From positions 1 through 33,354 of the IMG/VR virus record IMGVR_UViG_3300011437_000021: a stretch of DNA of 33,354 nucleotides; one strand, given 5' to 3'. Source of the stretch: a virus (taxonomy: Duplodnaviria > Caudoviricetes). Within the stretch, counting starts at the first letter, position 1; each line of letters starts with the position of its first letter. This document shows, piece after piece, positions 1 to 9,332 of the stretch. A program made the translations under genes and the position numbers. The notes under the pieces were generated by a model that did not search any database, was not told the DNA's origin, and saw nothing but the letters and a program-made list of their open reading frames with translations.

Positions 1-111
1 CTTCGACTACTACGCCGATTCCGCCGAGCCCATGCCGGACTACTGGCATCGTTGGCAACGCGCACAGTTCGATGCGACGTTTGCACTTCAACGCGAAAGG
101 ACATGGTAACC

Positions 112-252
112 ATGAGACTACGTCGTTTTGTCGCGTGCAAGGTCTGTGGAGGCACCTTGATGCTACTTGGCCAGCTGGGCCGACTCGCATGGTATCGGTG
201 CCGACATTGCGGTATCGATATCTCGAAAGAATTCAGAAAGGGGAGCAAATGA
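112..252 (+). CDS. small zinc-ribbon protein
   Basis: ATG at 112 after AAAGGA; two CxxC motifs (CKVC, CRHC); stop overlaps next start (ATGA). Confidence 0.6.
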   Translation: MRLRRFVACKVCGGTLMLLGQLGRLAWYRCRHCGIDISKEFRKGSK

Positions 253-488
253 CACGACGACATTTTCAGGCTATGGCGGAAATTGTCAAGGCTATCAACG
301 AAGGCGAATGGACTGATGAACTACCGGCATGGGCCGAGGAAACCCAACGTGCTGAGGGCAACCTAGCGATAGCTGTTGCCGAAGCTTTCATCATCTTGGC
401 TCGGCGCTTCAATCCGCTGTTCAATCAGGACGTGTTCCTGCAGGCATGCGGCCTGAAAGTACAGCCTGCCAAGCGGTGCAAGGCATGA
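249..488 (+). CDS. hypothetical phage protein (MTRRHF...NPLFNQDVFLQAC type)
   Basis: ATG at 249 with GGGGAG RBS, coupled to upstream stop; resembles small phage proteins with MTRKHF...NPRFD..RF..AC pattern (from recall). Confidence 0.65.
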   Translation: MTRRHFQAMAEIVKAINEGEWTDELPAWAEETQRAEGNLAIAVAEAFIILARRFNPLFNQDVFLQACGLKVQPAKRCKA

Positions 489-556
489 GGACATTCGCTC
501 TACTATCGGCTATCGTTGTCGGCTATTGGCTCAGACTGCGAGGGTATCTGCGATGA
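485..556 (+). CDS. small hydrophobic peptide (23 aa)
   Basis: MRTFALLSAIVVGYWLRLRGYLR; ATGA overlaps at both ends with neighbouring ORFs. Confidence 0.4.
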   Translation: MRTFALLSAIVVGYWLRLRGYLR

Positions 557-756
557 TTCGCCACGGTTCGATACTCTCAATCGCTGGCATGGATGCACCC
601 GGAGACTTACGTCTGAAGGTCGTTCGATTCGACCGAGAGGCTAGCGTGTATCACTTGGAATCGACGCGCGGCCTTGTCGCATCGGCTGTTGAATCCTGGA
701 TTCTCCATGGTTGGATACGGCACAAGCGTATCATCGTCAGTCCGCCTAAATCTTAG
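553..756 (+). CDS. hypothetical protein
   Basis: ATG at 553 after GAGGGT, within ORF 526-756; coupled to previous stop. Confidence 0.5.
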   Translation: MIRHGSILSIAGMDAPGDLRLKVVRFDREASVYHLESTRGLVASAVESWILHGWIRHKRIIVSPPKS

Positions 757-769
757 GAGAGGGGCAATA

Positions 770-976
770 ATGAAACGAAGTGAGCAAGACTATCGACGGG
801 CCTGCACGTGTGACGGCTGTAGCGTTATCCGTAAGGCCCTTGCATTGTTAGACGACATTGCGACTAGTCCTGCTAGCATGGGAATCGAAGATGTCGAGGA
901 CCTATGCGAGGCAAGGGCTCTACTTGCGGCCGAAGTCGGTAGCGTCTACAGCGAGGAGACTAACCGCTACGAATAA
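770..976 (+). CDS. hypothetical protein (CxCxxC motif)
   Basis: ATG at 770 after AGGAGAGGGG RBS. Confidence 0.6.
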   Translation: MKRSEQDYRRACTCDGCSVIRKALALLDDIATSPASMGIEDVEDLCEARALLAAEVGSVYSEETNRYE

Positions 977-1039
977 CCTCTCCTCTAAGCCGTAGTCCTC
1001 GAACCTTGGCCTACCCTGCAGGCCATCGAAGCACATAGC

Positions 1040-1082
1040 ACGGCCGGCCCTACTCTCAGTATAGGCCGGCCGTTATCCTTCC
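1040..1082 (+). terminator. GC-rich hairpin, probable terminator of the left gene cluster
   Basis: ACGGCCGGCC (1040-1049) / GGCCGGCCGT (1064-1073) inverted repeat followed by a pyrimidine-rich tail. Confidence 0.4.
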
Positions 1083-1109
1083 TGCCTACATCATAAGTAG
1101 CCGTTATAT

Positions 1110-1272
1110 TGGATACTTAGTATCCATGTCGGGTTTGGCTCGATTTCCCTCTCACCCTCTCACCCTTTCACGCGTAAACCATTGACGTATCTAGGCTTCG
1201 GGCTGGTAGTAATACATGCTGCATGTGTGTTGAACGAGCACATACCCCGGTAGATGGATACTAAGTATCCAT
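1110..1272. repeat. pair of 17-19 bp palindromic operator-like sites
   Basis: TGGATACT-T-AGTATCCA at 1110-1126 and ATGGATACT-A-AGTATCCAT at 1254-1272. Confidence 0.75.
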
Positions 1273-1390
1273 GTGCTGTGTCTCTTGCGCCACCTATTGT
1301 GTCTTTTATGATACATGTACGTGCCTCTCCACAGTTGGCAGGTGCAAGATGTGGGCCAACAGCTAGCGAATCTGGGCGCAAAAACGCATC

Positions 1391-1420
1391 GTAGGCCACC
1401 CCGGGGAGGGTGCGGCCTAC
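1391..1420. terminator. hairpin between convergent gene blocks
   Basis: GTAGGCC-ACCC / GGGT-GC-GGCCTAC stem; A-run at 1379-1384 gives a displaced U-tract on the - strand. Confidence 0.3.
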
Positions 1421-1545
1421 CACGGTGCCTGACGGTTTCAACTTTTGACGATCTGAACTGGGCGCAGATCGACAGGATGCCTGTTCAACAACAAGCAGCG
1501 TTCGTTATTTTTAGAACAGGGTAGAAACCTGAACAGGTTCAGATA

Positions 1546-1941
1546 TTATCGGGTCCCTGGAATCGTGATGACGTACAGGCCGCCCGACACAGGGGAAAAG
1601 GTCAGGGTGCCCGAGCGCGTGCCCGCTGTGGCGCGGCACACCATCGGATCGCCCTCGCTCAGATAGTCGAGCGATGGGTTGAAGATACAGACGCCCCGGC
1701 TGTCGGTTTGGAAGGGGAGATTCGAGGCACAATACTGCACCTCGTCGAACTTGCACCAGAGCCCATCGCAGGCAATCTGCCCGCGCGCAGGAGTGCCATC
1801 CCCGTACTGAGCCTGTACGGAAACGAGCAGGCTTGCCGGCCCTCCATACAAGCGGCCCCGCGCCTGTTCCAGCTCCTCCTCGGGAGTGGGCATAGGCGCC
1901 TGACTGCTCAGCAACAATAGGGGCAGAAGGTATCGAAGCAT
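1546..1941 (-). CDS. putative secreted Cys-containing protein
   Basis: Start at 1941 (TGATG coupling) gives the signal-peptide-like MLRYLLPLLLLSSQA; several Cys. Confidence 0.6.
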   Translation of the reverse strand: MLRYLLPLLLLSSQAPMPTPEEELEQARGRLYGGPASLLVSVQAQYGDGTPARGQIACDGLWCKFDEVQYCASNLPFQTDSRGVCIFNPSLDYLSEGDPMVCRATAGTRSGTLTFSPVSGGLYVITIPGTR

Positions 1942-2045
1942 CAGCGGCCCAGAAAGACCCAGAACAGGTACATGACCACGCAGTATGCGGCAACATAAGC
2001 GAAAATGACGCCTAGAATCGCCGCACACAGCGTAGTCTTGATCAT
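1941..2045 (-). CDS. small membrane peptide (34 aa)
   Basis: MIKTTLCAAILGVIFAYVAAYCVVMYLFWVFLGR, read manually; TAATG and TGATG overlaps with both neighbours. Confidence 0.55.
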   Translation of the reverse strand: MIKTTLCAAILGVIFAYVAAYCVVMYLFWVFLGR

Positions 2046-2338
2046 TACGCCTGCGGTTTGTTCACGAGACCCGCACGCAGGGCCGCGCGTGCCTTGAGCA
2101 CAGCGGCTTCGGCATCGACCAGCGCCGATACCAGCTCGATGACGTTCGCGTCGTTCAGGAAGTCACGGTCGACGGCGAATTCGCCCAGCTCGATCAGCTC
2201 GGGAATCTGTCGAACGACTTCCTCTTTCTTGGCCCGGCCGTTGCCGGCGCCACGGATCTGCTCGACGATGTGGACGAGGGAGGGAATGATCACCATCAGC
2301 TTGCCCGCGAGTTTGCCGAAATCGATCTTGATGCCCAT
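2045..2338 (-). CDS. hypothetical, possibly holin-like membrane-associated protein
   Basis: ATG at 2338 after AAGGAGA; N-terminal hydrophobic helix then G.G..KKE motif. Confidence 0.6.
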   Translation of the reverse strand: MGIKIDFGKLAGKLMVIIPSLVHIVEQIRGAGNGRAKKEEVVRQIPELIELGEFAVDRDFLNDANVIELVSALVDAEAAVLKARAALRAGLVNKPQA

Positions 2339-2430
2339 GGGTGTCTCCTTTACAAGGTTGAAAGGTTGTCTTTGGCAGTATACCCGGTTACTGCCGTTCG
2401 CGGTAGGGGCTGTTGCACACATTTGCATAG

Positions 2431-3639
2431 TTAGTGATCGCCTTGGAAGTCTAATGCCGCGAGCGGTCGAACGAACCCGGCCTTGAGCCCGCGAATGAAC
2501 TCTCGCGCACACTGGTCAGAGATGGAGCCGGCCGGGAGCACCTTACATTCGAGGCCCCATGAGCAGCCGAAGGCTCCGCCGGCACACGCGGCCATCATCA
2601 CACCCATTTCCAAGGCCACGCGTGGGTCGGTCGAGCGCGCATCCCCGACATGGTCAGGGTTGGTATCGGCAAAGTACATCGGCTCGATGTTGACCGTGGG
2701 GCAATTGGTGGCGGGACCGTAGAAGTCCCCGTCCATCATCTGGCGTAACGGCAGATCGAGGAACATCTTCGGCGCCCTACGGACAACCTCGTATTCCACC
2801 CAGTTGAGGTACGGGAAGTAGGGATTGTACTTGTTGCTGGTGCCTTCACCACGTGAACCATGTGACAGGAGCAGACCCCCCATGTCAGGGAAGTGGTAGT
2901 AGGCTGGGTGCCAGCCGTTCGAGTAGTCCTCGTTGCCTTTGCGCGGCAGCACGTTCCAACGGCCCTTCATGACCGCACAGGACTCGCGCCAGAACCACTG
3001 CTTGTCGAAGTTGGCGGGCAAGTGCTGCATATCAGCGAGCGGCGCATGTGCGACCCGCAGCTTCGCATCCTCGGCTGCATCGAACATTTGCCCGAGAATC
3101 GTGAAGTAGTCGGGGTGAGTGATCGGATTGAACGCCCAGTTATTCACAACTTTCCACGGTGAGGCGTGCATCCCCACTGAGACGAGGGTGTTGTAGCCGT
3201 ACTCGGCCACTTGCGCCAGTACGTCCCTGATCGGCGAACAGGCATATCCGCTCGCAACACAGTTCGGGAGGTAATGCGTCGAGTAGCCCCGAAACTGCCA
3301 AGGGCGACCATCGTCAGTGATGAAGTTCCGGCCGTTGATGCCGAGGAATCCCTGTTCCTGCCCTTGCGCGGGTACCCTGGACAGCACGAAGGGTACATCT
3401 GTACCCAGATCGGGTACGTGTGCCTGTGTCTGCTCGAACGCTGGGTTCACGTTCGCATGGTTGACATACAGCGTGTACCCGTCGTGGCTGGGTAGGGGAT
3501 TTGGCCACGCTGTGTTGCCGGCGAGATCAGTGAACCGGTCGTCGTATGCTTCGTCGCTGCTCTGATGCCCGAGCGCCAGCCGTACGTTGATGCCGGGAAC
3601 GGCCATCCCTGCAATGTCTCGAATCTGAATCTGTGCCAT
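2431..3639 (-). CDS. clan-A (GH5/DUF4038-like) glycoside hydrolase fold protein with N-terminal beta-sandwich domain
   Basis: GFLGINGRNFITDDGRPWQFRG, YGYNTL, GNE (putative acid/base), PTVNIEPMY (putative nucleophile); AGGAG RBS. Confidence 0.6.
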   Translation of the reverse strand: MAQIQIRDIAGMAVPGINVRLALGHQSSDEAYDDRFTDLAGNTAWPNPLPSHDGYTLYVNHANVNPAFEQTQAHVPDLGTDVPFVLSRVPAQGQEQGFLGINGRNFITDDGRPWQFRGYSTHYLPNCVASGYACSPIRDVLAQVAEYGYNTLVSVGMHASPWKVVNNWAFNPITHPDYFTILGQMFDAAEDAKLRVAHAPLADMQHLPANFDKQWFWRESCAVMKGRWNVLPRKGNEDYSNGWHPAYYHFPDMGGLLLSHGSRGEGTSNKYNPYFPYLNWVEYEVVRRAPKMFLDLPLRQMMDGDFYGPATNCPTVNIEPMYFADTNPDHVGDARSTDPRVALEMGVMMAACAGGAFGCSWGLECKVLPAGSISDQCAREFIRGLKAGFVRPLAALDFQGDH

Positions 3640-3647
3640 GAAAACTC

Positions 3648-3893
3648 CTATCGTTGCGAAGGGTTGAAGGTACCAAGACCTTCGGGCTTTTGCACGGCCC
3701 GATACAACCAGTACCGAGTCTTACTCGCGACGAGGTTGACATCGTAGTCCCAGCCTGACACGCTTGCGGGGATGAACTCGTCGGGCTGGCCCACCGAGAC
3801 CAGCCCGCAAATTTGCATGATACCACTAGCGTGCTCGACGACGATACGTTTCGGCGCCTGTGTTGACGGCATGGCCGGTGTATCGTCGCTCAT
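3648..3893 (-). CDS. hypothetical protein
   Basis: 81-aa ORF coupled to upstream ORF (ATGA overlap). Confidence 0.6.
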   Translation of the reverse strand: MSDDTPAMPSTQAPKRIVVEHASGIMQICGLVSVGQPDEFIPASVSGWDYDVNLVASKTRYWLYRAVQKPEGLGTFNPSQR

Positions 3894-4168
3894 CTGGTGT
3901 TGTCCAAGGCTGCTTTAGCCAGCTCGTACAGACCGCGCTCGGCCTCGGGACTCATTTCCTGGGGCAACCCACGCCGCAGCGCACACAGCCAGCGAAATTG
4001 GTAGTTGTGATAGTCGATCAGCTGTTCGATGGTGTGTCGGGCATCGCTGAGGTCCTGGGCACAGCGTTCGCTGCACTGGTCAACAGAGTGGGCCTGTCGA
4101 AGAGCGTCTTTCAATGAATTCGGATTGAATGTTGCGTTCTTTCTTGTGTCGTATTGTCCTTCACTCAT
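3890..4168 (-). CDS. hypothetical protein
   Basis: 92-aa ORF with AGGAGG RBS. Confidence 0.65.
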   Translation of the reverse strand: MSEGQYDTRKNATFNPNSLKDALRQAHSVDQCSERCAQDLSDARHTIEQLIDYHNYQFRWLCALRRGLPQEMSPEAERGLYELAKAALDNTR

Positions 4169-4297
4169 CGTAATCCTCCTGCTATCATCGAGTTGTGGTT
4201 GATCCCTGTGACCGTCGACGCTCCCCGGGCCGCTGGAAAGCCGTGCCTGATGGGCCGAACATCCGCTTTCATCTGGAAGTGCGCGGCCTCGGTGTCC

Positions 4298-4702
4298 TTA
4301 TCGTGTTAACGGGCTCCGATCCCACAGATCCGCAGGGACGCTTGTCCCCACTCCAGGGAGCGGTACTGACGGTGCCGAAGCAGAAGCCGGACTCCGACCC
4401 GCCGCTCCTTGGGCAGCCGCCTCTTTCTTCTTGATGTCGGCGACGACCTGTTGGACTGCGTTGCTCGGGTCGACCTTCTGTGTGAGTCGAACTCGACGTG
4501 CGAACTGCAACAACTGGGTTTTGAACACGAGGGCATCCTCACCGACGTCGTTCCAGCGGATGTAGTAGTGGTCACCCCGGTCTTCGAAGGTGTCGTGTTC
4601 GCGGATCAGGTGAACCAAAGGTTTGGCCATGCCCAGAAAGTCGAACACGAGATCGGTCACGACTTCGAGCGGGGGTGGGGCGGGTGGTTGCAGTTGTTCC
4701 AA
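4298..4702 (-). CDS. hypothetical protein
   Basis: TTG at 4702 preceded by GGAGG; the longer track ORF would overlap the tRNA. Confidence 0.6.
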   Translation of the reverse strand: MEQLQPPAPPPLEVVTDLVFDFLGMAKPLVHLIREHDTFEDRGDHYYIRWNDVGEDALVFKTQLLQFARRVRLTQKVDPSNAVQQVVADIKKKEAAAQGAAGRSPASASAPSVPLPGVGTSVPADLWDRSPLTR

Positions 4703-4762
4703 AGTATCCTCCACTAGACTCTGTGCATAAATCGTGCCATTCTTGATTCGAGAATCGCGAAT

Positions 4763-4837
4763 GCCGGGGTAGCTCAGTGGTAGAGCTGCTGTTTTGTAAA
4801 CAGCGGGTCGGGGGTTCGATCCCCTCCCCCGGCTCCA
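4763..4837 (+). tRNA. tRNA-Thr(UGU)
   Basis: GCCGGGG/CCCCGGC acceptor stem, GCTC-AGTGGTA-GAGC D arm, GCTGT-TTTGTAA-ACAGC anticodon arm, TTCGATC T loop, encoded CCA. Confidence 0.95.
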
Positions 4838-4888
4838 TACTTGGCACACATCTTGCAACAGACAATTTTGGAGGAGAAAGCAATATCC

Positions 4889-5374
4889 ATGCCTAGTTCG
4901 CGTTCAGTACTTCCGAAACACTATCAGAAGCCAGGAAAGCGACGTGGATCGGTGACGGGGCCCGAAAAGGCCCTGGTGGCACAGTTCGTCCAGGACCTCC
5001 CCGCCCCTCCGACCCCGTCACAGGTCCACGCCCTGGCCCGCACCCTGCGCCGCTCGAAGGAAGCCGTGCTGGCTTTGATCGAGCAGGCTAAGGATAACTT
5101 CCAAGCGAATGCCGACCATTACGTGACTGTTCATAAGCAAGCCGTTGACGCCGCGCTCGCTAATGGAGATGCGAAAAGCCTGGACGTCGCTGTCAGGGGC
5201 TCGCAATGGGCCCTCGAAAACCTGTCCTCCGAAGGAGTCAGCATCGTGGGCAAGAAGTCAGAGATCGGCTCGGGCGCAGGTAGGATTCTCATTGGCATTC
5301 AGATCGGCGGCATGCGACAGGAAGAAGTCGTCAAAGATGCCAAGGTTGTTGTCGAGGGTGAAGACGTCCCATGA
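4889..5374 (+). CDS. putative terminase small subunit
   Basis: ATG at 4889 after GGAG; helical protein directly upstream of and overlapping TerL. Confidence 0.55.
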   Translation: MPSSRSVLPKHYQKPGKRRGSVTGPEKALVAQFVQDLPAPPTPSQVHALARTLRRSKEAVLALIEQAKDNFQANADHYVTVHKQAVDAALANGDAKSLDVAVRGSQWALENLSSEGVSIVGKKSEIGSGAGRILIGIQIGGMRQEEVVKDAKVVVEGEDVP

Positions 5375-6804
5375 CCCGGCCGGCCGAGGAACCCTCCTGG
5401 AAACTTCAAGTCACCCTTGAAAACGGTGAGCTGGATACTATCTACGAGCCCCAGGACTATCAGAAGCCGTTCCACCTGTGCAATACGCCCAACCTCTTGG
5501 CCCTGGGCACACGCGGCACCGGCAAATCGCACATGCTGCGGTTCGACGCAATCCTTCGCTGCCTACTCTTCCCTGGCTTCCGCGCGCTCATCATCCGACG
5601 CAAGCTGACCGACCTGCGGAAGTCCCACCTGATGTTCATCGGCGCCGAGATGAAGCGCCTGGGCATCGGCTACTACCGCGAAACCACGATGGACGTGAAG
5701 TTCGAGAACGGGTCCATCATCCAGTTCTCGCACTGCGAATCCGACAAGGACATGGACAACTACCTGTCTTCGCAGTGGGACTACATCGGCTTCGACGAAC
5801 TGTCGACGTTCACGTTGGAGCAGTTCCTGAAGATCAGCGCAGCCGTCCGCACCGTGGTCGGCGGGGCTTTCGTCGGGCTTGTGCGTGCCTGCTCCAATCC
5901 GCTCGGCCCTGGTGCGGCGTGGATGAAGCAGTGGTTCATCGACCACGACGTCGACTACGCAGAATTCCCCGACTACAACCCCGACGACTTCGAGATGCAG
6001 TTCTCGACGTTGGATCAGAACCGGTTCGTCGACCGCAAGGATTACGAGAAACGGCTCAAGAACCTGCCCGAGCACGTGCGGCGCGCATGGCTCCTTGGCG
6101 AATTTGTCGACGAGGGCTCGTACTTCTCTGACTTCCGCCAGATGATGCAGAAGCCAGATGGCGAGATCGTCCCCTGGCACGTCACCAAGACGCTGCCCAC
6201 GTGGAAGGGCCAATACCTCAGCGAGTTGTCGTGGATTCGGGTCTACCGAGCAGTCGACTGGGGCTACTTCCCCGATCCGGCCGTGTGCCTGTGGATTGCG
6301 GTGCTCTCGAATGGTCGTGCCATCGTGTTCAAGGAGAAAACGTGGCGCCGCACCCTGGCGACTGATGTTGCCGCCGAGATCAAACAGCTGTCCGAGGGGA
6401 TGAATATCTGCGAAACCTTCGTCGACCCGACGATGTTTATCAAGACGGGTAATGCGCCCTACTCAATTGCTGAGCTGTTCGAACAGAACGGCGTGCCGTG
6501 TACGCCCGGGCAGAACGACCGTGAGCTGTACGGATATGCCGTCCACCACTACTTGAACACCATCATCGACGAAGAGCCACAGGTGCAAATCGTCGGGCCC
6601 GCTTGCCCGCAGCTGGTGAAGACCTTCCCATTGCTGCAGATGGACCCGAAGGACCCGAGGAAGATTGCCGATGGGCCTGATCACTGGGTGATCTCGCTCG
6701 CGCATTTCTGCATGGGCCAGGTGCCGCCTAGCCACGACCCGGTCTCGGAGCCGACTCGGCGCTGGATGCAGCCGAAGCAAAAGCCGCGCCACATCATCGG
6801 TTGA
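5371..6804 (+). CDS. terL: terminase large subunit
   Basis: Walker A LALGTRGTGKS, Walker B YIGFDE, motif III RACSNP, nuclease AVDWGY and C-terminal DH. Confidence 0.93.
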   Translation: MTRPAEEPSWKLQVTLENGELDTIYEPQDYQKPFHLCNTPNLLALGTRGTGKSHMLRFDAILRCLLFPGFRALIIRRKLTDLRKSHLMFIGAEMKRLGIGYYRETTMDVKFENGSIIQFSHCESDKDMDNYLSSQWDYIGFDELSTFTLEQFLKISAAVRTVVGGAFVGLVRACSNPLGPGAAWMKQWFIDHDVDYAEFPDYNPDDFEMQFSTLDQNRFVDRKDYEKRLKNLPEHVRRAWLLGEFVDEGSYFSDFRQMMQKPDGEIVPWHVTKTLPTWKGQYLSELSWIRVYRAVDWGYFPDPAVCLWIAVLSNGRAIVFKEKTWRRTLATDVAAEIKQLSEGMNICETFVDPTMFIKTGNAPYSIAELFEQNGVPCTPGQNDRELYGYAVHHYLNTIIDEEPQVQIVGPACPQLVKTFPLLQMDPKDPRKIADGPDHWVISLAHFCMGQVPPSHDPVSEPTRRWMQPKQKPRHIIG

Positions 6805-6833
6805 CGTGTTATCCTTGACGGGTAGGAGATTCC

Positions 6834-9050
6834 ATGCCTGAACCATACGAGCAGACGCCGGAGCAGCCCGAAGCAACGGCTGAAAAGGCTTCGGACAATG
6901 CCGCCGAGCCCGACTCTCCCACGATGTCGAAGAAGCAGATCGAGACGTATTTCAAGACGCGCGCGAAATCCTGCAAAACCGAGAAAGACAGCCTCATCCA
7001 GGAATGGCGCCGGAACGTCGAGCTGCGGATTGGTCATGTTGCCGAGCTGTACACGAACGGCTTCAACGTCCCGTTCGACGAGCTGCAGACCGAGCTGAAT
7101 CCTGATTGGTCGCTGACGAAGACGAAGACTGCGAACCTGTATTCGCAGGTGCCCACGGTACGCCTATCGAGTGAGAACAAAGCCTATCGTCCCGCGCTGC
7201 CGCCCTTCGCGAAGCAACTCAACTACGAGATCTCTCCGAAGCGCTCGAACATCGGCGCGGCCATGGAAGAGTGCCTCAACGACGTGGTCAATGCAGCCGG
7301 CATCTGCCTGATCTTCACCGGGTACATGGCCCGCTACAACGAGAAGCTGATTTCAGCCCTCGACGAGCAGACCATGGCGTTGTTTCCGCCTGAAATGCTC
7401 CAGACGCTGGCCGAAACCGAGGTTGAAGACGATTGGGACCCATCCCCGGAGAACCTGGAGCCGATGCTGGCTCAGTTTCAACTGCCGATGAAGCGCACGC
7501 ACGAGGTCGTGTCGGATCGCATCTTCACGCGGCGGATTTCGCCGGTCGATGGGCTCTGGCCGGCTGACTTTACCGGTTCCGACTTCAACGAAGCCGACTT
7601 TGCCGGCTACACGGGCAAACTGTCGTGGGCGGAAGCGAAACTGGAATTCAAGCTGCAAGACGGGCAGTACGATTCGGTAGTCAGCGACAGTGCCGAGGCC
7701 CAGGACAAGACCCTGCGCTCAAACTGGGAGCGCGCCGGGCTCGCGGACACGAAAAAGGTTAAGTTCGACGACATTTACTACTGGCGATATCGTGTCGATC
7801 CCGACGAAAAGTCGCTCGACTGCATCTGGCGCATCGTCTACGTCGAAGGGTTGGACGAGCCGGCGATTCACGAACCGTGGAAGGGCCAGCAGAAGGTCAG
7901 CTTCGACGACGAGAACCCCGAAGCCGGCCACTATTACATCGGGAACACGCGCTTTCCTGTTCAGTTTTGCACACTGACGTACATCACGGACAATCCGATT
8001 CCGCCCTCGGACAGCAGCGCCGGTCGCCCGCAAGTCAACGATCTGCGCCGCTCGCGCCGCGATATGTTCAACAATCGCGCGCACTCAGTGCCCATCCGCT
8101 GGTTCGACGTGAACCGTATCGACCAGACCATCCAGACGATGCTCATGCGCGGCACTTGGCAGGGCATGATTCCGACGAACGGCGACGGCTCCCGAGCGAT
8201 TGGTGAGATCGCGCGCGCCTCGTACCCGGGCGAGAACTTGTCATTCGATCAGCAGGCGATGCAGGACCTGCATGACTCGTGGCAGCTGAGCCCGCAGCAG
8301 ATTTCAGGCGCCGACCAGTCGGGTACAGCTACTGCGGCAAACATCAGCCAGCAGAACTTCGCCACGCGCATGGGCCAGGAACGCGGACGAGTCGCGAAAT
8401 TCTTCCTCAACGTGTGCGAGCTGGTCGCCGGCTACCTGGTCCTCTACTCGGACTTCCCCATCCTCACGCCCGAGGAAAAGGAAGCGATGGAGGGTGCCTG
8501 GGACAACAAGCGCATCACCCAGAACCTCGCATTCAAGATTTTGCCCGATACGCAGATCGTTCTCGACTCGAATTCGCGTATCCAGATGTTGACGAACTTC
8601 CTCAACATCACCGTCAAGTCGGGTTTCATCAATCCGAAGCCGATCATTGTCGAAATCGCCGAGCTGAGTGGCATCGACCCGACCGAAGTGGTTGTTGATC
8701 CGACCCCGCCGGTTCCCGAGCCTCCGTTCAAGTTTTCGTTCAGCGGCAAGGACGACCTGACCAACGTCCTGGTGCTGGCGACGTTCATCGCGAAGGGTGA
8801 ACCGCCGACCATCGAGCAGATCAAGCAAGCGAAGACGCTTATTGTCGAGACCGGCACCTTGCCGACCCTCGAAGAGATGCCCGAGGCTCAACAGCCCCCG
8901 GCAGGCCCAGAAGGGGGTGAGCCGCCTCCTCCCGGCGAGCCCCCACCGGGCTCTGAACCGATGCCTGTTCCGCAAGGCGGCTCGGACGCGAATGAATCAT
9001 GGCATACCGCTGACAAGATTGCGAAGAGGAGTCGGGACACGGAAGCCTAA
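6834..9050 (+). CDS. portal protein
   Basis: 738 aa directly after TerL; TATAANI motif typical of P22-like portals; Pro/Glu-rich tail; AGGAG RBS. Confidence 0.8.
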   Translation: MPEPYEQTPEQPEATAEKASDNAAEPDSPTMSKKQIETYFKTRAKSCKTEKDSLIQEWRRNVELRIGHVAELYTNGFNVPFDELQTELNPDWSLTKTKTANLYSQVPTVRLSSENKAYRPALPPFAKQLNYEISPKRSNIGAAMEECLNDVVNAAGICLIFTGYMARYNEKLISALDEQTMALFPPEMLQTLAETEVEDDWDPSPENLEPMLAQFQLPMKRTHEVVSDRIFTRRISPVDGLWPADFTGSDFNEADFAGYTGKLSWAEAKLEFKLQDGQYDSVVSDSAEAQDKTLRSNWERAGLADTKKVKFDDIYYWRYRVDPDEKSLDCIWRIVYVEGLDEPAIHEPWKGQQKVSFDDENPEAGHYYIGNTRFPVQFCTLTYITDNPIPPSDSSAGRPQVNDLRRSRRDMFNNRAHSVPIRWFDVNRIDQTIQTMLMRGTWQGMIPTNGDGSRAIGEIARASYPGENLSFDQQAMQDLHDSWQLSPQQISGADQSGTATAANISQQNFATRMGQERGRVAKFFLNVCELVAGYLVLYSDFPILTPEEKEAMEGAWDNKRITQNLAFKILPDTQIVLDSNSRIQMLTNFLNITVKSGFINPKPIIVEIAELSGIDPTEVVVDPTPPVPEPPFKFSFSGKDDLTNVLVLATFIAKGEPPTIEQIKQAKTLIVETGTLPTLEEMPEAQQPPAGPEGGEPPPPGEPPPGSEPMPVPQGGSDANESWHTADKIAKRSRDTEA

Positions 9051-9074
9051 CAGAAGCCAGAGGAGGGTAGCTAT

Positions 9075-9332
9075 ACGCCAATGTTTGAGTACAAATGTGA
9101 TACATGCGAACGCCCCGAGGAGCGCTACTTTGCGACCCTCGCCGAGCGCGACAAGTTCGAGGAGCATGGCGCTAAGCCGTGCAAACCGGGCGCGAACCTC
9201 ATCAACCGGAAGTGTGCCGGCACGATGAAACGCCAGCTCTCGGCGTCGAACTTCAAAGTCAACGGCTACTGTGCGGCCAACGGCTACGAATTCAACGGGA
9301 CGCAGACTATTCACAACAAAGGGTTGAAGTAA
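9075..9332 (+). CDS. FmdB-family zinc-ribbon protein (start ACG 9075 or ATG 9081)
   Basis: (M)PMFEYKCDTC...C...C.GTMKRQLSASNFKVNG matches the FmdB MP.YEY.C pattern; AGGAGG RBS 8 nt before ACG. Confidence 0.75.
   Translation, partial: TPMFEYKCDTCERPEERYFATLAERDKFEEHGAKPCKPGANLINRKCAGTMKRQLSASNFKVNGYCAANGYEFNGTQTIHNKGLK

Noticed and set aside
4165-4272. 35-aa - strand ORF overlapping the start of 3890-4168
   Set aside because: Short, no clear RBS or recognisable motif; insufficient support.
4763-4837. tRNA acting as a special initiator for ACG codons, or as an attachment site
   Set aside because: Has a paired G1-C72 and lacks three consecutive G-C pairs in the anticodon stem; no integrase or duplicated tRNA end in the window.
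5371-9050. Inteins in terminase or portal
   Set aside because: Lengths are ordinary and no C/S...HN splice motifs are visible.
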